A DNA stretch of 64,000 nucleotides from Gekko japonicus (GCF_001447785.1 NW_015172148.1:1-64000); one strand, 5' to 3'. Shown: positions 25,101-38,190, numbered from the stretch's first letter. Numbers and translations are program-made. Notes: generated by a model not told the origin, from the letters alone.

Positions 25101-25391
25101 AGTGAGTGATACCCCTGCAGGCCCATCTCCGAAACTACAGCTCAATTAAGCCTTCTGGGGGAACATTTTAAACATAGACGGCAGCCATCTTACAGACACA
25201 GGTAACTGCCATTTCGTTACACCTACCAACAGCTACTGAGGTAAAAATTAGTCCCACACAGGAGGCAACTGTCTTAACTCAAGAGAGAAAGCCGTCTGCC
25301 AGAAATTCTGACAGGGCACAGTGGCTGAAGGAGTGGGTGGGAAAGAGGCGCAAACCCAGCACCTGGCCAGTGGCATGCGAGTACTCCTGAG

Positions 25392-25597
25392 CAATGCTCC
25401 CTCTAAGCTGTGGAGTCTTGTGAGCAAAAATTCTCCTTTGTGAGCTACAGGCATTAAAGTTGTGAGCAAGCAATTTGGCTGCTGCATAAATTAGTTTGCT
25501 CTGGAGCCACCCTTCCTGAGCAAAGACAAAAATGTGTGAGCCAGGGGCTAAAAAACTGTGAGCTAGCTCACACTAACTCAGCTTAGAGGGAACACTG
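25392..25597. mobile_element. hAT-like MITE
   Basis: TIRs and 8-bp TSD ctcctgag/ctcttgag. Confidence 0.8.
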
Positions 25598-27977
25598 CTC
25601 TTGAGTGGCGGCTGGGCGGGACTCAGGCAACGCAGCCAGTGGCTAGGGACACGTTCTGAGTGACAGATCATTCAGCCAACTGATTAGGGAGTGTGTGGAA
25701 TGCTCAGGAGAGTCCATGACCAAAACAGAATTATATTATAGAGAGAAGAGATACTATTCTAATTATTGCCATAGCAGGTTCTCTGAATTGCCCGTTTTTA
25801 TTTGTAAAAAAGTCCCTAGCCTTTTCCCTTGCAAAAACCTGCCTGAGCTGAGCCAAGACTGCAGCAGCCAGCTGCAGCATAGGGTTCCCAAGTCTTAGCT
25901 GCGCTGGAGCGGGGGACTCCAGTGCTGCTCTGGGAGTGTGTGTGCGCACGCAAAGTGTGCACACACCGCAACCCCGTCACCCAGAAGTGACACGACCATG
26001 CCAGGCACACTGGAGGCGGGGCCACGACCATCCGGGGGGAAAACATAGAGATTAAATTTTAAATATAATGCAAAATTTATGGTGATAAATACTGATTATT
26101 TCATAGCTATAAAATGTAGCAGGTAATGTAACAGATATAATAAAAAGATACTTATAACCCCTAATTTATATGTTTTTGTGTGTGTTTATATGTTTTTGGG
26201 TGTGTTTGACTGTTTGTGTTTGTTTTATATTGAAAAAAATATTTAACTGCAAAAAAAAAAAAAGACTTCAGGAGCTTTTCCTAGGAATCCCATCCACACC
26301 TAGCTTGACAAGCGAGGGGGGATTGAAACTGGAAAGAACCCCATAGTTAGAGAGAGACAGAAACCTGTTCCAGAATTTCTGTGTTTTACTGAAAGAAAAA
26401 CATTCTGCACAAATTTTCAAGCAAGTAGGAATTTCAGTACTCATCTTATAGAAAGGAAAAGACAAACCAATACTTATAAACAAATAGTGCACTTATTATT
26501 CATTTAGGAATCTATATACTAATAGCCAAGACGCCCGCTCCGTGCGGATATCAAAATCCGTGCATCGGGGGCACTTGGGGGGCAAAAAACATCCTCCCTG
26601 TCAAGGCCTATCTTAATGTTTTGGCTTCCAGGCTGGAACTCAGAAATATAAGCAGTTCTTTTAGAGCAGAGTGCAGGGTGCATTGTCAGGGTGAGAAACC
26701 TCCTGCAAAGCCTTATGGGAGAGAACCAAATAGAGAGGCCTAAGCCAATTCAGGCTGCTGTACAGAACTTGCTTATCTTGCTTATCATTCTGCCACATCC
26801 CAAACTGGTTTGGTTTGGCAGAGGGGCTGGCTTCAGTTTCAGGAGACGTCCCGAACCTGAACTAGGTTTTCCCAGTTTGTACCCATCCCTATACAGATAC
26901 TCTAGTTCTCTGGCTCCCAGTAGCCCTGTTCCATCAGCACTCATGGGCACTCATTACCCAAAGTGGTGATCTAGTTAATTGGAGGAAATTAGCCTGATCA
27001 GAGACACAGCGAGAGGTGGGTAACTGGGATCGCCACTAATATGTACCAAAATCTTTTCCTTAGGGAACTCTCAAAATAAACTAGTCTGGTGTTCAGCTGT
27101 GTGATGGAACGGGCCTGCTCCGACTTACAGACCCCGTTCTGCCAGCCCCCTCCTTGGCTTGCGCCAATTCCTGGAAGATGCTATTCCACTTCCTTCCACT
27201 AGGGTATGTTGCCACCACTGTCCTGTTGGGGTCTTCCTGCCAGGAGAGACAGACTCTTAACTCCCCTTCTCAGACTGATGCCCTGCCTCTGGTCTCCTGC
27301 TACCCAGCGCCTGGTTACCACAGGGATCAACTTCCTTCTTTGGGGCTGGGGGACCTGGAGGTTTGGCAATGAGTGCCTTGACTGCTTGCCTTCCCCCTTC
27401 CCAGGACTCCCCTCTTAAAGTAGCATGGTCTAAGGCTGTTGGAGGAACTATATGGTCCAGAGAACACTACTAGCCTCAAAGAGTAAAATATTTAACTGCA
27501 GTTAAATGAGTGGTTTACTGCAGTTATTTATATCTCTGGGATTTACCACATACTAGTAAACTTACTGATTCAAATAACAAAACAACAAGTATTAATAAAT
27601 CAATAGTATTAATAAAATTATTGGATTTTTTAATATTCTGTAGTATAATAACCTGATAAATGTACACTTACGTTGAAATTGGCCCTTAAAACAAATTAAC
27701 TTAACGCCTGTGGTATAAGAAGTAGTTAGGCCTGGCACCTCTGTCTTGGTTGGCTGATGGAGATCAGAAGGTGCTGGATCATGTGCTCTCTGAGATGCAA
27801 GAGACATCCTAGGTCACCTCAATGTGTCGCCTCCAAAAGAACAGGTAGCATCCCTTGCTCTCTCTCTTCCAGATATAGAAGACACAGGCCGCCTTGGAAC
27901 TTTCCCCAGTTCTGTCTGTATAGCCAGGATGACCATGTAGTTAAAACATGTCCCAAGGCTTCTATTTGCTTTTGCAG

Positions 27978-28080
27978 GTGAATCCACAACCTGGAGACTT
28001 GATCGAGATTTCCCGGACTGCTTGCCAACATTGGGCCATCTATGCAGGCAACGGATATGTGGTCCACTTGGTTCCAACAG
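27978..28080 (+). CDS. PLAAT module B, His-His exon ([34 protein letters not shown])
   Basis: Acceptor tttgcag and donor gtaacg; 103 bp; paralog of 11318-11420. Confidence 0.92.
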
Positions 28081-28573
28081 GTAACGACTTCTTTGCTACA
28101 CAAGGAAGAGCAAGATATATGTCTAAGTACCTTTCCAGAAGGCTTGGCCCTCACCTTCACCCTGCATATCTCCAGTCGCCTTTTTTTTGTTCTGCACTCC
28201 TCCGCATTCTCACCGACCATTCCATTCACATTCTCTGTCTTGTTCTGCATTGATGTGCCCCCCTTCAGCGCCCAGATCGCTTTCAGCTTGCACTTACCCC
28301 AGGGTTTTCAAGAGTGATTGTGTGGCAATTTATATCCTTTGTTGGCTTCCAAGCTGAAGCTAATTTAAGAAACAGAAGTCTCCCCATGGATCTTCCCACC
28401 CCCCACCCATTTCTGGTCCCACCTAGGCCAATCTCCCCTCTTCATCAGCATCCTTATTTGCTTTTATTTGCTTTTATTCACTCTCCAGTAAGTGCTTGGC
28501 TAAAGGCATGGGCAAAGCAGGCTGTCTAGCTGGCCCCACTCCTGCAGCTGCCCCGAGCAGTGCTGCAGCAAAA

Positions 28574-28613
28574 GGAGAAGGAGAAGGAGAAGGAGAAGGA
28601 GAAGGAGAAGGAG
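28574..28613. repeat. (GGAGAA)n microsatellite, tail of a minus-strand SINE
   Basis: Direct reading; runs into the N gap. Confidence 0.9.
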
Positions 28614-28868
28614 NNNNNNNNNNNNNNNNNNNNNNNNNNNNNNNNNNNNNNNNNNNNNNNNNNNNNNNNNNNNNNNNNNNNNNNNNNNNNNNNNNNNNNN
28701 NNNNNNNNNNNNNNNNNNNNNNNNNNNNNNNNNNNNNNNNNNNNNNNNNNNNNNNNNNNNNNNNNNNNNNNNNNNNNNNNNNNNNNNNNNNNNNNNNNNN
28801 NNNNNNNNNNNNNNNNNNNNNNNNNNNNNNNNNNNNNNNNNNNNNNNNNNNNNNNNNNNNNNNNNNNN
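28614..28868. other. Assembly gap (255 N)
   Basis: Run of N. Confidence 1.
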
Positions 28869-30115
28869 TCCCCACAACAGACACCCTGTGAGGTAGGTGG
28901 GGCTGAGAGAACTCTTGACAGAAACTGCTCTTTTTCAAGAACAGCTGTGCCAGAGTTATGGCTTGCCCAAGGTCATCCAGCCAGGTGCAAGTGGAGGAGT
29001 GGGGAATCAAACCTGGTTCTCCCAGATTAGAGTCCGCGCACTTAACCATCCCACCAACTTCTCCCTGATCCCTCTGCCACCTAAACAAAAGTCCACCGGC
29101 TGGCCGCTTGCTAAGTTATCTCTCTGGCAAGCCTTTCAGGCCCAGGGAGGAGAGCAGGGAAGACGCAGCCTGCCTGGTTCTTCCTCAGGTGTCAGGGGAG
29201 GGAGGGGCTCCGGTTGCTCCTCCCACCACCCCTGCCTATCTGTCTACCCTAAATGCAATGTAGTAGCACATGGGGAATAGTCCTAATTATTCCATATCTC
29301 AAGAACCATCCTATCTTCAAAATATTTAAAGAAATGCAAGATACACAGCAATTGAAATTTATACACAAATTTACATACATTTCCGGATGTGCTGTGGCCA
29401 AAATAAACTGAAATTGTGCTAATTTTTAAACCTACTTTTAAGCATTTGAATTCATGGAATGATCTTAGTTACCACAGCCTCTTAATCAAAGGCATGGAGT
29501 ATACTTTCATTAACATTTTGGTGTATCCTCACATAGGTTTTCCTCTACCTTGGCTTCCAGTTACAGCATCCACATGACATGGGTTGATTCCACATGGACT
29601 TTTTACTCAGTTTCCACAATCACATATTGTGGGATTTGTTTTGTTTTTTTATTAGAATCATAGAATCATAGAGTTCGAAGGGACCTCCAGGGTCATCTAG
29701 TCCAATCCCCTGCAGAATGCAGGAAATAGCCAAATATCACCCCCACACCCCCAGTGCCCCCTGCTCCATGCCCAGAAGATGGCCAAAAAAATATCTACCA
29801 GCCCTCCAGGATCCCTGGCCAAACTGGCCTGGAGAAAAATTGCTTCCTGACCCCAAAGTGGTAATCAGCATTTCCCTGCCTTGTCCTCTTTTACTGGAAG
29901 CTGCAGCTGGCCATCTTTGAGCGAACAGATCACAACTGTAAGGGGGGCACTGGCTTGAACACTCTGCCAACAGCCTCCTGTTCCCAGGAAGAGTTCACCA
30001 TGTGTACACTGCTGTCCTGGCCTGGAAAAAATTGCTATACAAAAATGTATAGATGGGCTTACTGTCGAAATTGAACCTATTAGATCCAATTTACTCATGT
30101 TTCCCTCCCCTCCAG

Positions 30116-30429
30116 GCAACCCTTCAGGATCTGACATCCCCAGTCTTCTCTCATCTGGCATCTCTATTCTTGGCTCATATGGCACTTCTGATCTTCGTTC
30201 TGTCATGCATGACCATGCGGAGGTGAAGATGGAACCTCTTTGGAAAGTAGTGGAGAATCGGTACCAAATCAATAACAAGTATGACACCAAATACAAACCT
30301 CGCCCTGTGCGTGAGATCGTCTCTAAAGCAAAGGCAGCCGTGGGGACAAAGATGCCCTATAACGTCCTCAATAACAACTGTGAGCATTTTGTCACTAATC
30401 TACGTTATGGCAAACCTGTCAGTGACCAG
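30116..30429 (+). CDS. PLAAT module B, catalytic Cys exon (..YNVLNNNCEHFVTNLRYGKPVSDQ)
   Basis: Acceptor tccag and donor gtatgt; 314 bp; intact NCEHF motif. Confidence 0.92.
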
Positions 30430-30521
30430 GTATGTAGATGCTCTTCAGGTATGTGTACAAAGTGTCTGGCAACCGGTGGGAGCTTGGGTGGCAAGGACAT
30501 AAGAACATAAGGGAAGCCAAT

Positions 30522-33500
30522 TGTCAGAACCCACAGCCATCAACGTAGTACACGCTTATCAGGAAAGGTAATACTTTATTGAAGAGCCATAGATGCATTA
30601 ACATAGGCACTGTTAAGAATGACGGCTGCCCCTTGGGATAATAGGATATAGGGTATTTGTATGCACCCCCCCACTGCCCTGGCCAATTAGCCACCCTCCC
30701 GCGCGCGGGAGAAGGCACTCCAGCCATTAGCGCTGAAGCTGGGAACCAACCTCTCTCCCATGGTTCCTGTGAAACCAAACATCAACATTCCACCACCTGC
30801 AGAACTTGAAGATAAGCGTTACAGCAGCTAAGAAGCACAGAAGGAATGCAATAGCAATTAGAATACAACCGACCTCCCCATGCCCCATGGCAGCATAGCT
30901 GACATACTGCCCTCTCGAAAATCAGCTTCTCCCTACCATTCCGGGAGATCTCCCCACCATTCCGGGAGATCTCCCGGGCATTCCAGGAGGTCTCCCGGTT
31001 TGTACGGGAAGTCCCAATGAAACTTCCACAATAGTCTAGGGGCCAGAATATCCCCTACTTCCACCCATTCTAGGTGCTGAGGTCCGAAATCCAACCATTC
31101 AACCAAATACATCAACTTCCCATGTTTGATCTTAGAGTCCAGAATTTTAGATATCTCATAATGTTCCTCGCCCTCCACCAAGATCGGAGGGGGTACCGGT
31201 TTCGATGGACGCCAAGGACTGGAACCAGAATCCTTTTTCAGGAGGCTGAAATGAAACACAGAATGCAGTTTTCTCATGTTTTTAGGCAACTCCAGTTCCG
31301 CAGCTACATCATTGATCACCCTTTTTACTGGAAATGGACCAATGTACTTCCACCCTAACGTCCGACTAGGGCGCAGCACCTGAATGTTTTTTGTAGATAC
31401 AGGCTGTAGAGCCCAACCCTCCACCCTTCTCTTATCAGCCTGGCATTTGTACGCTTTCTTGGCAGCATTTAAAGTCTTACATAGAAGTGGCCATGAGTCT
31501 CGGTGAGGAACTGGTACCGGGGCAGAAGGTGACACCAATGCACTCGGCTGAGTGCTGGCCGGTGTGGGCGGCTGAGCCGCATCCCCCGGCCCCAAGTCAT
31601 TGTCCCCTTCCAGAAATGGTACAGGTGGGCTGTCATAGCCATACAGTGCTTTAAATTGGGACATTCCAATAGAAGAGTGACACGTGTTGTTGTAACAGAA
31701 TTTGGCTAGAGGCAAGAGGTCGACCCAGTTGTCCTGTTGATAGTTAGCAAAACAACGGAGATATTTTTCCAAGGTCTGATTAACCCGTTCCGTTTGTCCG
31801 TCGGTTTCTGGGTGATAAGCACTGCTCAGGCCCCTCTCCACCCCCATCAGCTTCATGAGCTCCCCCCAGAACCGAGACACGACTTGGGTTCCCCAGTCAG
31901 ACACCACCACCTGAGGTGAACTTGCTGTGCCATGTCTCTCCCCCTCCCCCGGTTTTGTGACTGGGCAGGACTGGGTCCCGCATCACAGGGGGTGGAGGGG
32001 TTAGGCGGGCTTGGCTGCGTGTCATCACTGCCCCTCCCAGATGGGAAGGCATGAACACTGAGTCCAAACCCACCTCCTGTTGCCTATCGTGTTGGGGTAG
32101 ACGTGATAGGGCGTCAGCCAACGAGTTCGCAGAGCCGGGGAAGTGGTGCAAGGTGAATTGGAACTTGGAGAAGAAAACGACCCACCTTAGCTGTTTAGCA
32201 TTCAGTCACCGGGGTGTTTAGAGCGTTTCTGAGTTCTTATGATCAGTCCAAACCTCGAACGGGACACACACACCCTCCAACCAATTTCTTCAAGTGGAAA
32301 GGGCGAGCTTTATTGCCCCTGCCTCCTTTTCTCAAACGGACCACTTACGTTCTGTGTCACTGAATTTCCTTGACACATATGCCAAGGGATGCAGCAACCC
32401 ATCCCCTCCTTCTTGGAGAATCACCCCCCCCCCATGGCAACATCGGACGCATCAGTTTGTACGATGAATTTTTTCGTTTCATCGGGGTGGTCGGCTGCAA
32501 AATGGCCCCTTTCCCACACTTCAGGCAGAGCCCTCGGCGCATCTGTTGCTCCCGAGCAGACTCAGACTGCCGCACCGATTTCCCCTTCTGAGCCGAAGTT
32601 GTAGGCTTCCCTCCTGCAGTTGCGATGTCCAGACGCAGGGTGTTTAGGCGGGTCTCCGCACTCTCCGCCTCTTGCATCCACGCCGGGAGGGAGACTGGAT
32701 CTACAGCTCAAAGGGCCGTTTCTTGGATTTCAGGATTCAGCCCCACTCGGTATAGCTCCGCCAGCACTGGGTCAGGCCAAGTTTGAACTTTGGCCGCGTG
32801 CAACTTAAACTCCGATGAGTACTCTCTCACCGATCTCTTGCCTTGCTTCAGGGTGCATAAAAACGCCCTTGCCTTCGGCCCAGCGTTCCTGTCTTCGAAT
32901 TGGGCCTGCAATGCCCACATAAAAGCGTCCAAATTTATTAGCTCCGGGCCCTGTGCGTTGTGCAGCCCCACATACCAAGCCGCCGCGGGCCCCCACAAGC
33001 ATGCCACTACTACATCCATGCGGCTGCTGTCATCTGAGAACAGGTGGCCCGATCTTTCCACGAACGTTAACACTTAACCACAAAGTAGGAAAGTTCCTCA
33101 GGGTTCCCGTCGAATGTGGCCTCGATGAGATCCTTCGGGCGATGAATCACCTGACCCCTCGGACTGCCTGGTCGGGGAGCTGGAATCGGGGCCTCCCCTG
33201 GGCCCAGCCTGGGCACATCTCCAGGCAGCTGCGGCGGTGGGGGAGCCAGTGGGGCCATAGGCACCACCGGTGCCACCGGGTGGGCTTCTCTCTCCTCCCT
33301 AATGGCTTGGATCACCAACTGCGGGAGCACATGGATAACTTCCGCCAGATCCCGCTGAAGCTGTCGACTCTCCCTCCGCCACCTCCATCCTGTGAGTCAG
33401 TTCCATCCCCTCGTCCAGGGGACATTCGCCCACTCCTTGCCTTCGACCTTTCCATCACCCACGGGGCCGGTGGTGGTTCAAAGGAGGCCCCATACGGGGG

Positions 33501-34282
33501 GAAACCTCCAGCTGAGGTAAATCCCAGGTCGAACCTGCTATCTCTCGGGGGGCCCTGCGCAAGCATATAAGTCTCGGCAGTGGAATCCAGTTTAAATAGG
33601 CTCCATCTGGAACTCGGCTGGTGCCCCAGGCCGGGCAGCTGCCGCAGCCCCGAAGGGGTCAGGAACACCACAGTCGATGTCGTCTTTGGGACGGCTCCCT
33701 TCTCAGCCCCAGTCACCGGTGGCATGGTGGTCAATGGATCCGCTGCCTGGGTCGTGGGAGTCTTCCCCCCAGATATGGTAGGGATAGGGGGTTCTTCCTC
33801 TCCCTCCTCCTTTTTTTAAGGAATCTGTTTCTTCTCTCCGTCGCTCATCTCGTTTAGGGAGAGAGACGTTAGATAGAGAATGAAGAATTCTTAACAGAAT
33901 GTCAGAACCCACAGCCATCAACGTAGCACACGCATATCAGGAAAGGTAATACTGTATTGAAGAGCCATAGATGCATTAACATAGGCACTGTTAAGAATGA
34001 CGGCTGCCCCTTGGCATAATAGGATATAGGGTATTTGTATGCACCCCCCCACTGCCCTGGCTAATTAGCCACCCTCCCGCGCGCGGGAGAAGGCACTCCA
34101 GCCATTAGCGCTGAAGCTGGGAACCAACCTCTCTCCCATGGTTCCTGTGAAACCAAACATCAACATTCCACCACCTGCAGAACTTGAAGATAAGCGTTAC
34201 AGCAGCTAAGCAGCACAGAAGGAATGCAATAGCAATTAGAATACAACCGACCTCCCCATCTCCCATGGCAGCATAGCTGACA
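30522..34282 (-). mobile_element. Chromovirus (sushi/Tf1-like Gypsy), lacking protease and RT
   Basis: 383-bp LTRs 30522-30904 and 33900-34282 (about 8 differences by eye); TSD ccaat; gag FDGNPEELSYF; integrase YHPETDGQTERVNQ, YIGPF; chromodomain YEISKILDS..YLVEW. Confidence 0.93.
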
Positions 34283-34461
34283 CCAATATTGGATCAGGCC
34301 AATGGTCCATCCAGTCCAACACTGTCACACAGTGGCCAAAAATACCAGGTGCCATCACACTAGAAGCCCTCCCACTGTTGCCCCCCCCCCAAGCACCAAG
34401 AATACAGCGCATCACTTGCCCCAGACTGACAGTTCCTATCTATACCTTGTGGCTAATAGCC

Positions 34462-37400
34462 TGAAAAGTACTGAGACTTACTAGCAATTTCAGCTCTCAT
34501 ACTTTATTTCAGCTCAGAACAAGATGAAAGCTACCAGCTCGCAGGCCGGTTTATAAAGGCAAACAACCCACACCCAAAACACATGCCCACACAAGTTGGA
34601 GCGGGCTAGGATCTGCTTGGCCCATTGTTCATTAAAGCGAAGCTCGGCTGCTTCACAAGACCACGTGGCGACCAAGCCGCACACGCGGTTGGAGCTTGAT
34701 ACATTACACCCCTCCCTCCTTGGTCCGAAAGACACCCACACACAAAGTCCTGCAAATAAGTGGGGACCTTCCTTGCTCTCGTGGAGCGGTGAGGAACAGG
34801 TACCGGGGTGGAAGGTGACACCGATGGACTCGGCTGAGTGCTGGCCGGTGTGGGCGGCTGTAGTCCTTGTCGCGCTGCTTCCCTTGGAGCGGCCGCGCTG
34901 TCTGCACGCGTATTGACAGGGGGTAGACCAGGCGCCTCGTCTGGCAGAGTAGAGGTATCTGGTAGCCGCTGGGAAGTGGCAGGCTCTGAGTTGTCCGGGC
35001 TCTCGAAGTCCTCCGGGTCACTCGACAGTACCCGCCAACGCAGCCGGTCGATGTGGCAGTGGAGTATCTGGCCGTCCTCACTGGTGACCTTGTATGATCG
35101 CGGTCCCCTCTTACCACCCAGGCTGGAATCCATGGCGGGCCCCGTGTGTAGTTCCGGGCGTAGACTGGGTCCTCGGGGAAAAATCCCTTGGCTGCCTTGG
35201 GTGACTCGGTGGCTGGTTCTTCCTCCAGAGCTCAGTCAGGGTGAAGGTGATCCAGCCAGGACGTCAGACGCCTTCCCAGGAGAAGCTCCGCAGGGCTGCA
35301 TCCCGTTGTGGTGTGGGGTGTAGTTCTTTGGCTGAAGAGAAAGGCTGCCAGCTTGTAATCAAGTCCTTTGGCGTATCTCAGACTGTGTGAGAAGGGGGTG
35401 GCCCACGCCAAAGGAGTGGGTCCTTGGCAGTGCAGCGCACCACTTCCTGAACGTGCACCGGCTGGTCAGGGAGAGTCTCCAAAAGTGCGATCTGATGTGC
35501 AGAGCCCAGGTTTGGCTCCGTTGCAGGCAGGGGAAGACGGCTCAAGGCGTCAGCGTGTCCCATCGCTTTTTCTGGCCGGTGAATTAGCGAATAAGCGTAC
35601 CCTGCCAAAAAACCAGACCACCGGAGCACCCAGGGCAACGTCATCTGAGGGGTCTGGTGGTCGGGGAAAAGCAGGCCGAGAAGCGGTTTATGGTCAGTCA
35701 GGATCGTGAAAGGTTGACCATAGAGGTAATGGTGACATTTTTTCACCCAAGCCACAATAGCGAGCGCCTCCTTGTCAATCTGCGCATAGTTGCGCTCCAC
35801 AGAGGACAAGCTACCGATACCTCCCAGCCAGGCGGTAGCTGGTGGCCCAGGACCGCCCCGACCCTGTACGGGGAGGCATTGCAGGCTAGGACCACAGGAA
35901 GCCCCTCATTGAAGTGGGAGAGGACCGAATTGGAGACAAGAAGGTCCTTTACCGCCTGAAAAGCAGCGGCAGTGTGGCTAACACGTGGCTGACCACCGGT
36001 ACAGGATACGCGTGGTCTTGGAAGGCTTTATTCAATGTGCATTTATAGTCACCACAAATTCGTACGTCGCTGTTAGGCTTTACCGGGGTGCCTATCGGAG
36101 TCTCCCACTGTGCTGAAGCGACGGGCTCTAAAACCCCCTGGGCAACCAAGCGATCAAGCTCTGCCTCGATCTTTGGCCTCATTGCAATAGGGGGTGTCTG
36201 GCCTTAATCCTGATGGGGCAGACAGCTGGGTTGAGATCGAGGGATATGGGGGCCCCAGTGTAGCAGCTGAGCGTGCTGTCAAAAACCGTGGGGAATTCGT
36301 TACACACATCCGCAAAGTTCGCCACCCGGATCTGATTGATTCCCATGATCGTCAGTCCCAGGGGCCCGAACCACAAAAGTCCCAGTAAGCTGGAGAGCTT
36401 TATGGCTGCGCGCTAGCAGACTCACCTCCCGGACCTCCCGGAGGTGAAGCTGCACTCCAGCCGAAGGAGGGGGTGCGCAGGCTCGCTTACCCCCCCCAGG
36501 GACCCGGGGAAGGGACCCTGGCCATGGAACTTATAAGAGGTTGCCTCTTCGATGGCGAAATGCCGGAGAATTGAGCCACCACGGGGTTCTTGTTAAAGTC
36601 CCTCAACTTAAACCCCTGTGGCTTTCGCAGAGGGGGTCCCTCCCCATGGGCAGAGCGAGCGCAGCATCTCCTTGGAAATAATGGAGAAGGACGACCCAGA
36701 GTCTATTTCCATGCTGCAGGGGGACCCTTCTATTAACACCGTTACCTGCACCTTATTGGGGCTATCGGGGGGCAAGTTACATACCTGCTGCTGCTGCTGG
36801 TGGGCTGAGAGGGTTTGAAGGTCCGTGTGGAGATCTGCCAAGTTCTCGTGGGCTGAGTCTTCTGGGGTTGTCCACGGGAGCGGCAGACTCTGGCGAGATG
36901 GCCCGGCTTGTTACAGGAGCAGTAGACGACATCTCTAAAATGGCAAGTCCAGCATTCATGCGCCTCTGTGCAACTGGCGTAGGATGATGAAGAAGAAGAG
37001 GCTTTGGTCGAGAAAGGTCCCACCGGGCGATGCTGCTGTTGGGATGAACGGCGGCGTGCCTGGAGCACTTCGTCGTCTTCGGAGTTGTCCGACTTGAGGG
37101 CTGCTTGAGTGTGATGGACCGCCTTTACGCAGCGGTCTTGATGTGCCTTTTCGTAGGCTGCGGCCTCACGGAGCCCTTTATCTAGATCCAGGTCGTCCTG
37201 GCTAACCAGTTTCCTCCGAAGCTTGGGTTCCCGGAGACCCAAGAGGAACTGGATAAGCAAGGTGTCTGCCAGGTCAGGAAAAGAGCACCAGGTGGCCGCC
37301 CGCCGGAGTCTGGCCAAGAACTCGTAAGCCAACTTGTCTGGGCCCTTGACTTGTGCAAAGAAGTCCATGCGCTCAGAAAACTTTGTGGGCTTTGGTGAAA

Positions 37401-38190
37401 GGTGGTCGGACAGCGCTTTCACCAACACCACATAGGACTCGTCCTTGGTCTGCTTAGGTGCAATTAGGTCCTTGAGCAGCAAGACAGTGTCTATGCCACA
37501 GGACCGGAGGAGGTGGCCTTCTTCTTACCCGGGTCTATGATATCATGGCAGGTGAAGTAGCTCTCCAGGATCTCGAGCCATGTCTCCCACTGTGCGGGGT
37601 GAGACATGTTGAAGGCGGCGATGCTTTCCTTGGATGTAGCCACCGTACTGCTTCCACGTGGTGGTTGAAGCTCAGGAACGGAGGCGGAGGCGGCTGGAGC
37701 AAGGCGTGGAGCGCTGCTGCTCTTGGGGTCAGCAGGGCGAGGTACAGAGCAGTGAGTGGCAACCAGAGAACCAGGGAACGAAGCACAGTGGTGTGCGGCG
37801 TCTCAGTGCTGGGCTTGATGCGATGCTCGAATCTTCGTCCGGGTTGTTGTTCATGGGAGGTAGAATCCCACCCTCGTCGCCAGTGAAAGGTACTGAGACT
37901 TACTAGCAATTTCAGCTCTCATACTTTATTTCAGCTCAGAACAAGACGAAAGCTACCGGCTCGCAGGCTGGTTTATAAAGGCAAACAATCCCGACCCAAA
38001 ATACCCCCCCACAAGTTATAGGCTATTTACAGTGGCCGACAGTTCCATAGGCTCTTGGCCTGGAGCCTACCCTCCGATTGGAGCGGACTAGGATCCGCTT
38101 GGCCCACTGATCGTTAGAGCGAAGCTCAGCCGCTTCACATGACCACGTGGCAACCAAGCCGTGCACGCGGTCGGAGCTTGATACATTACA
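34462..38190 (-). mobile_element. Degenerate Gypsy LTR element
   Basis: LTRs 34462-34708 and 37884-38190; TSD tagcc; tRNA-Ser PBS at 37864-37882; gag, protease and deleted RT/RNase H/integrase remnants. Confidence 0.93.

Larger units (their letters stand above)
26585..30498 (+). repeat. Segmental duplication unit B, paralogous to about 9297-22430 (unit A)
   Basis: Colinear similarity of upstream region, exons and intron blocks, e.g. 9297-9975 vs 26585-27270 and 11990-12640 vs 29050-29730. Confidence 0.9.

Noticed and set aside
28474-29088. Long ORFs with X runs and GE/KE/PS repeats
   Set aside because: Artefacts of the N gap and the microsatellite
32357-33330. Domesticated sushi gag gene (PEG10/RTL-like)
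   Set aside because: Frameshifted, and flanked by young paired LTRs with a TSD
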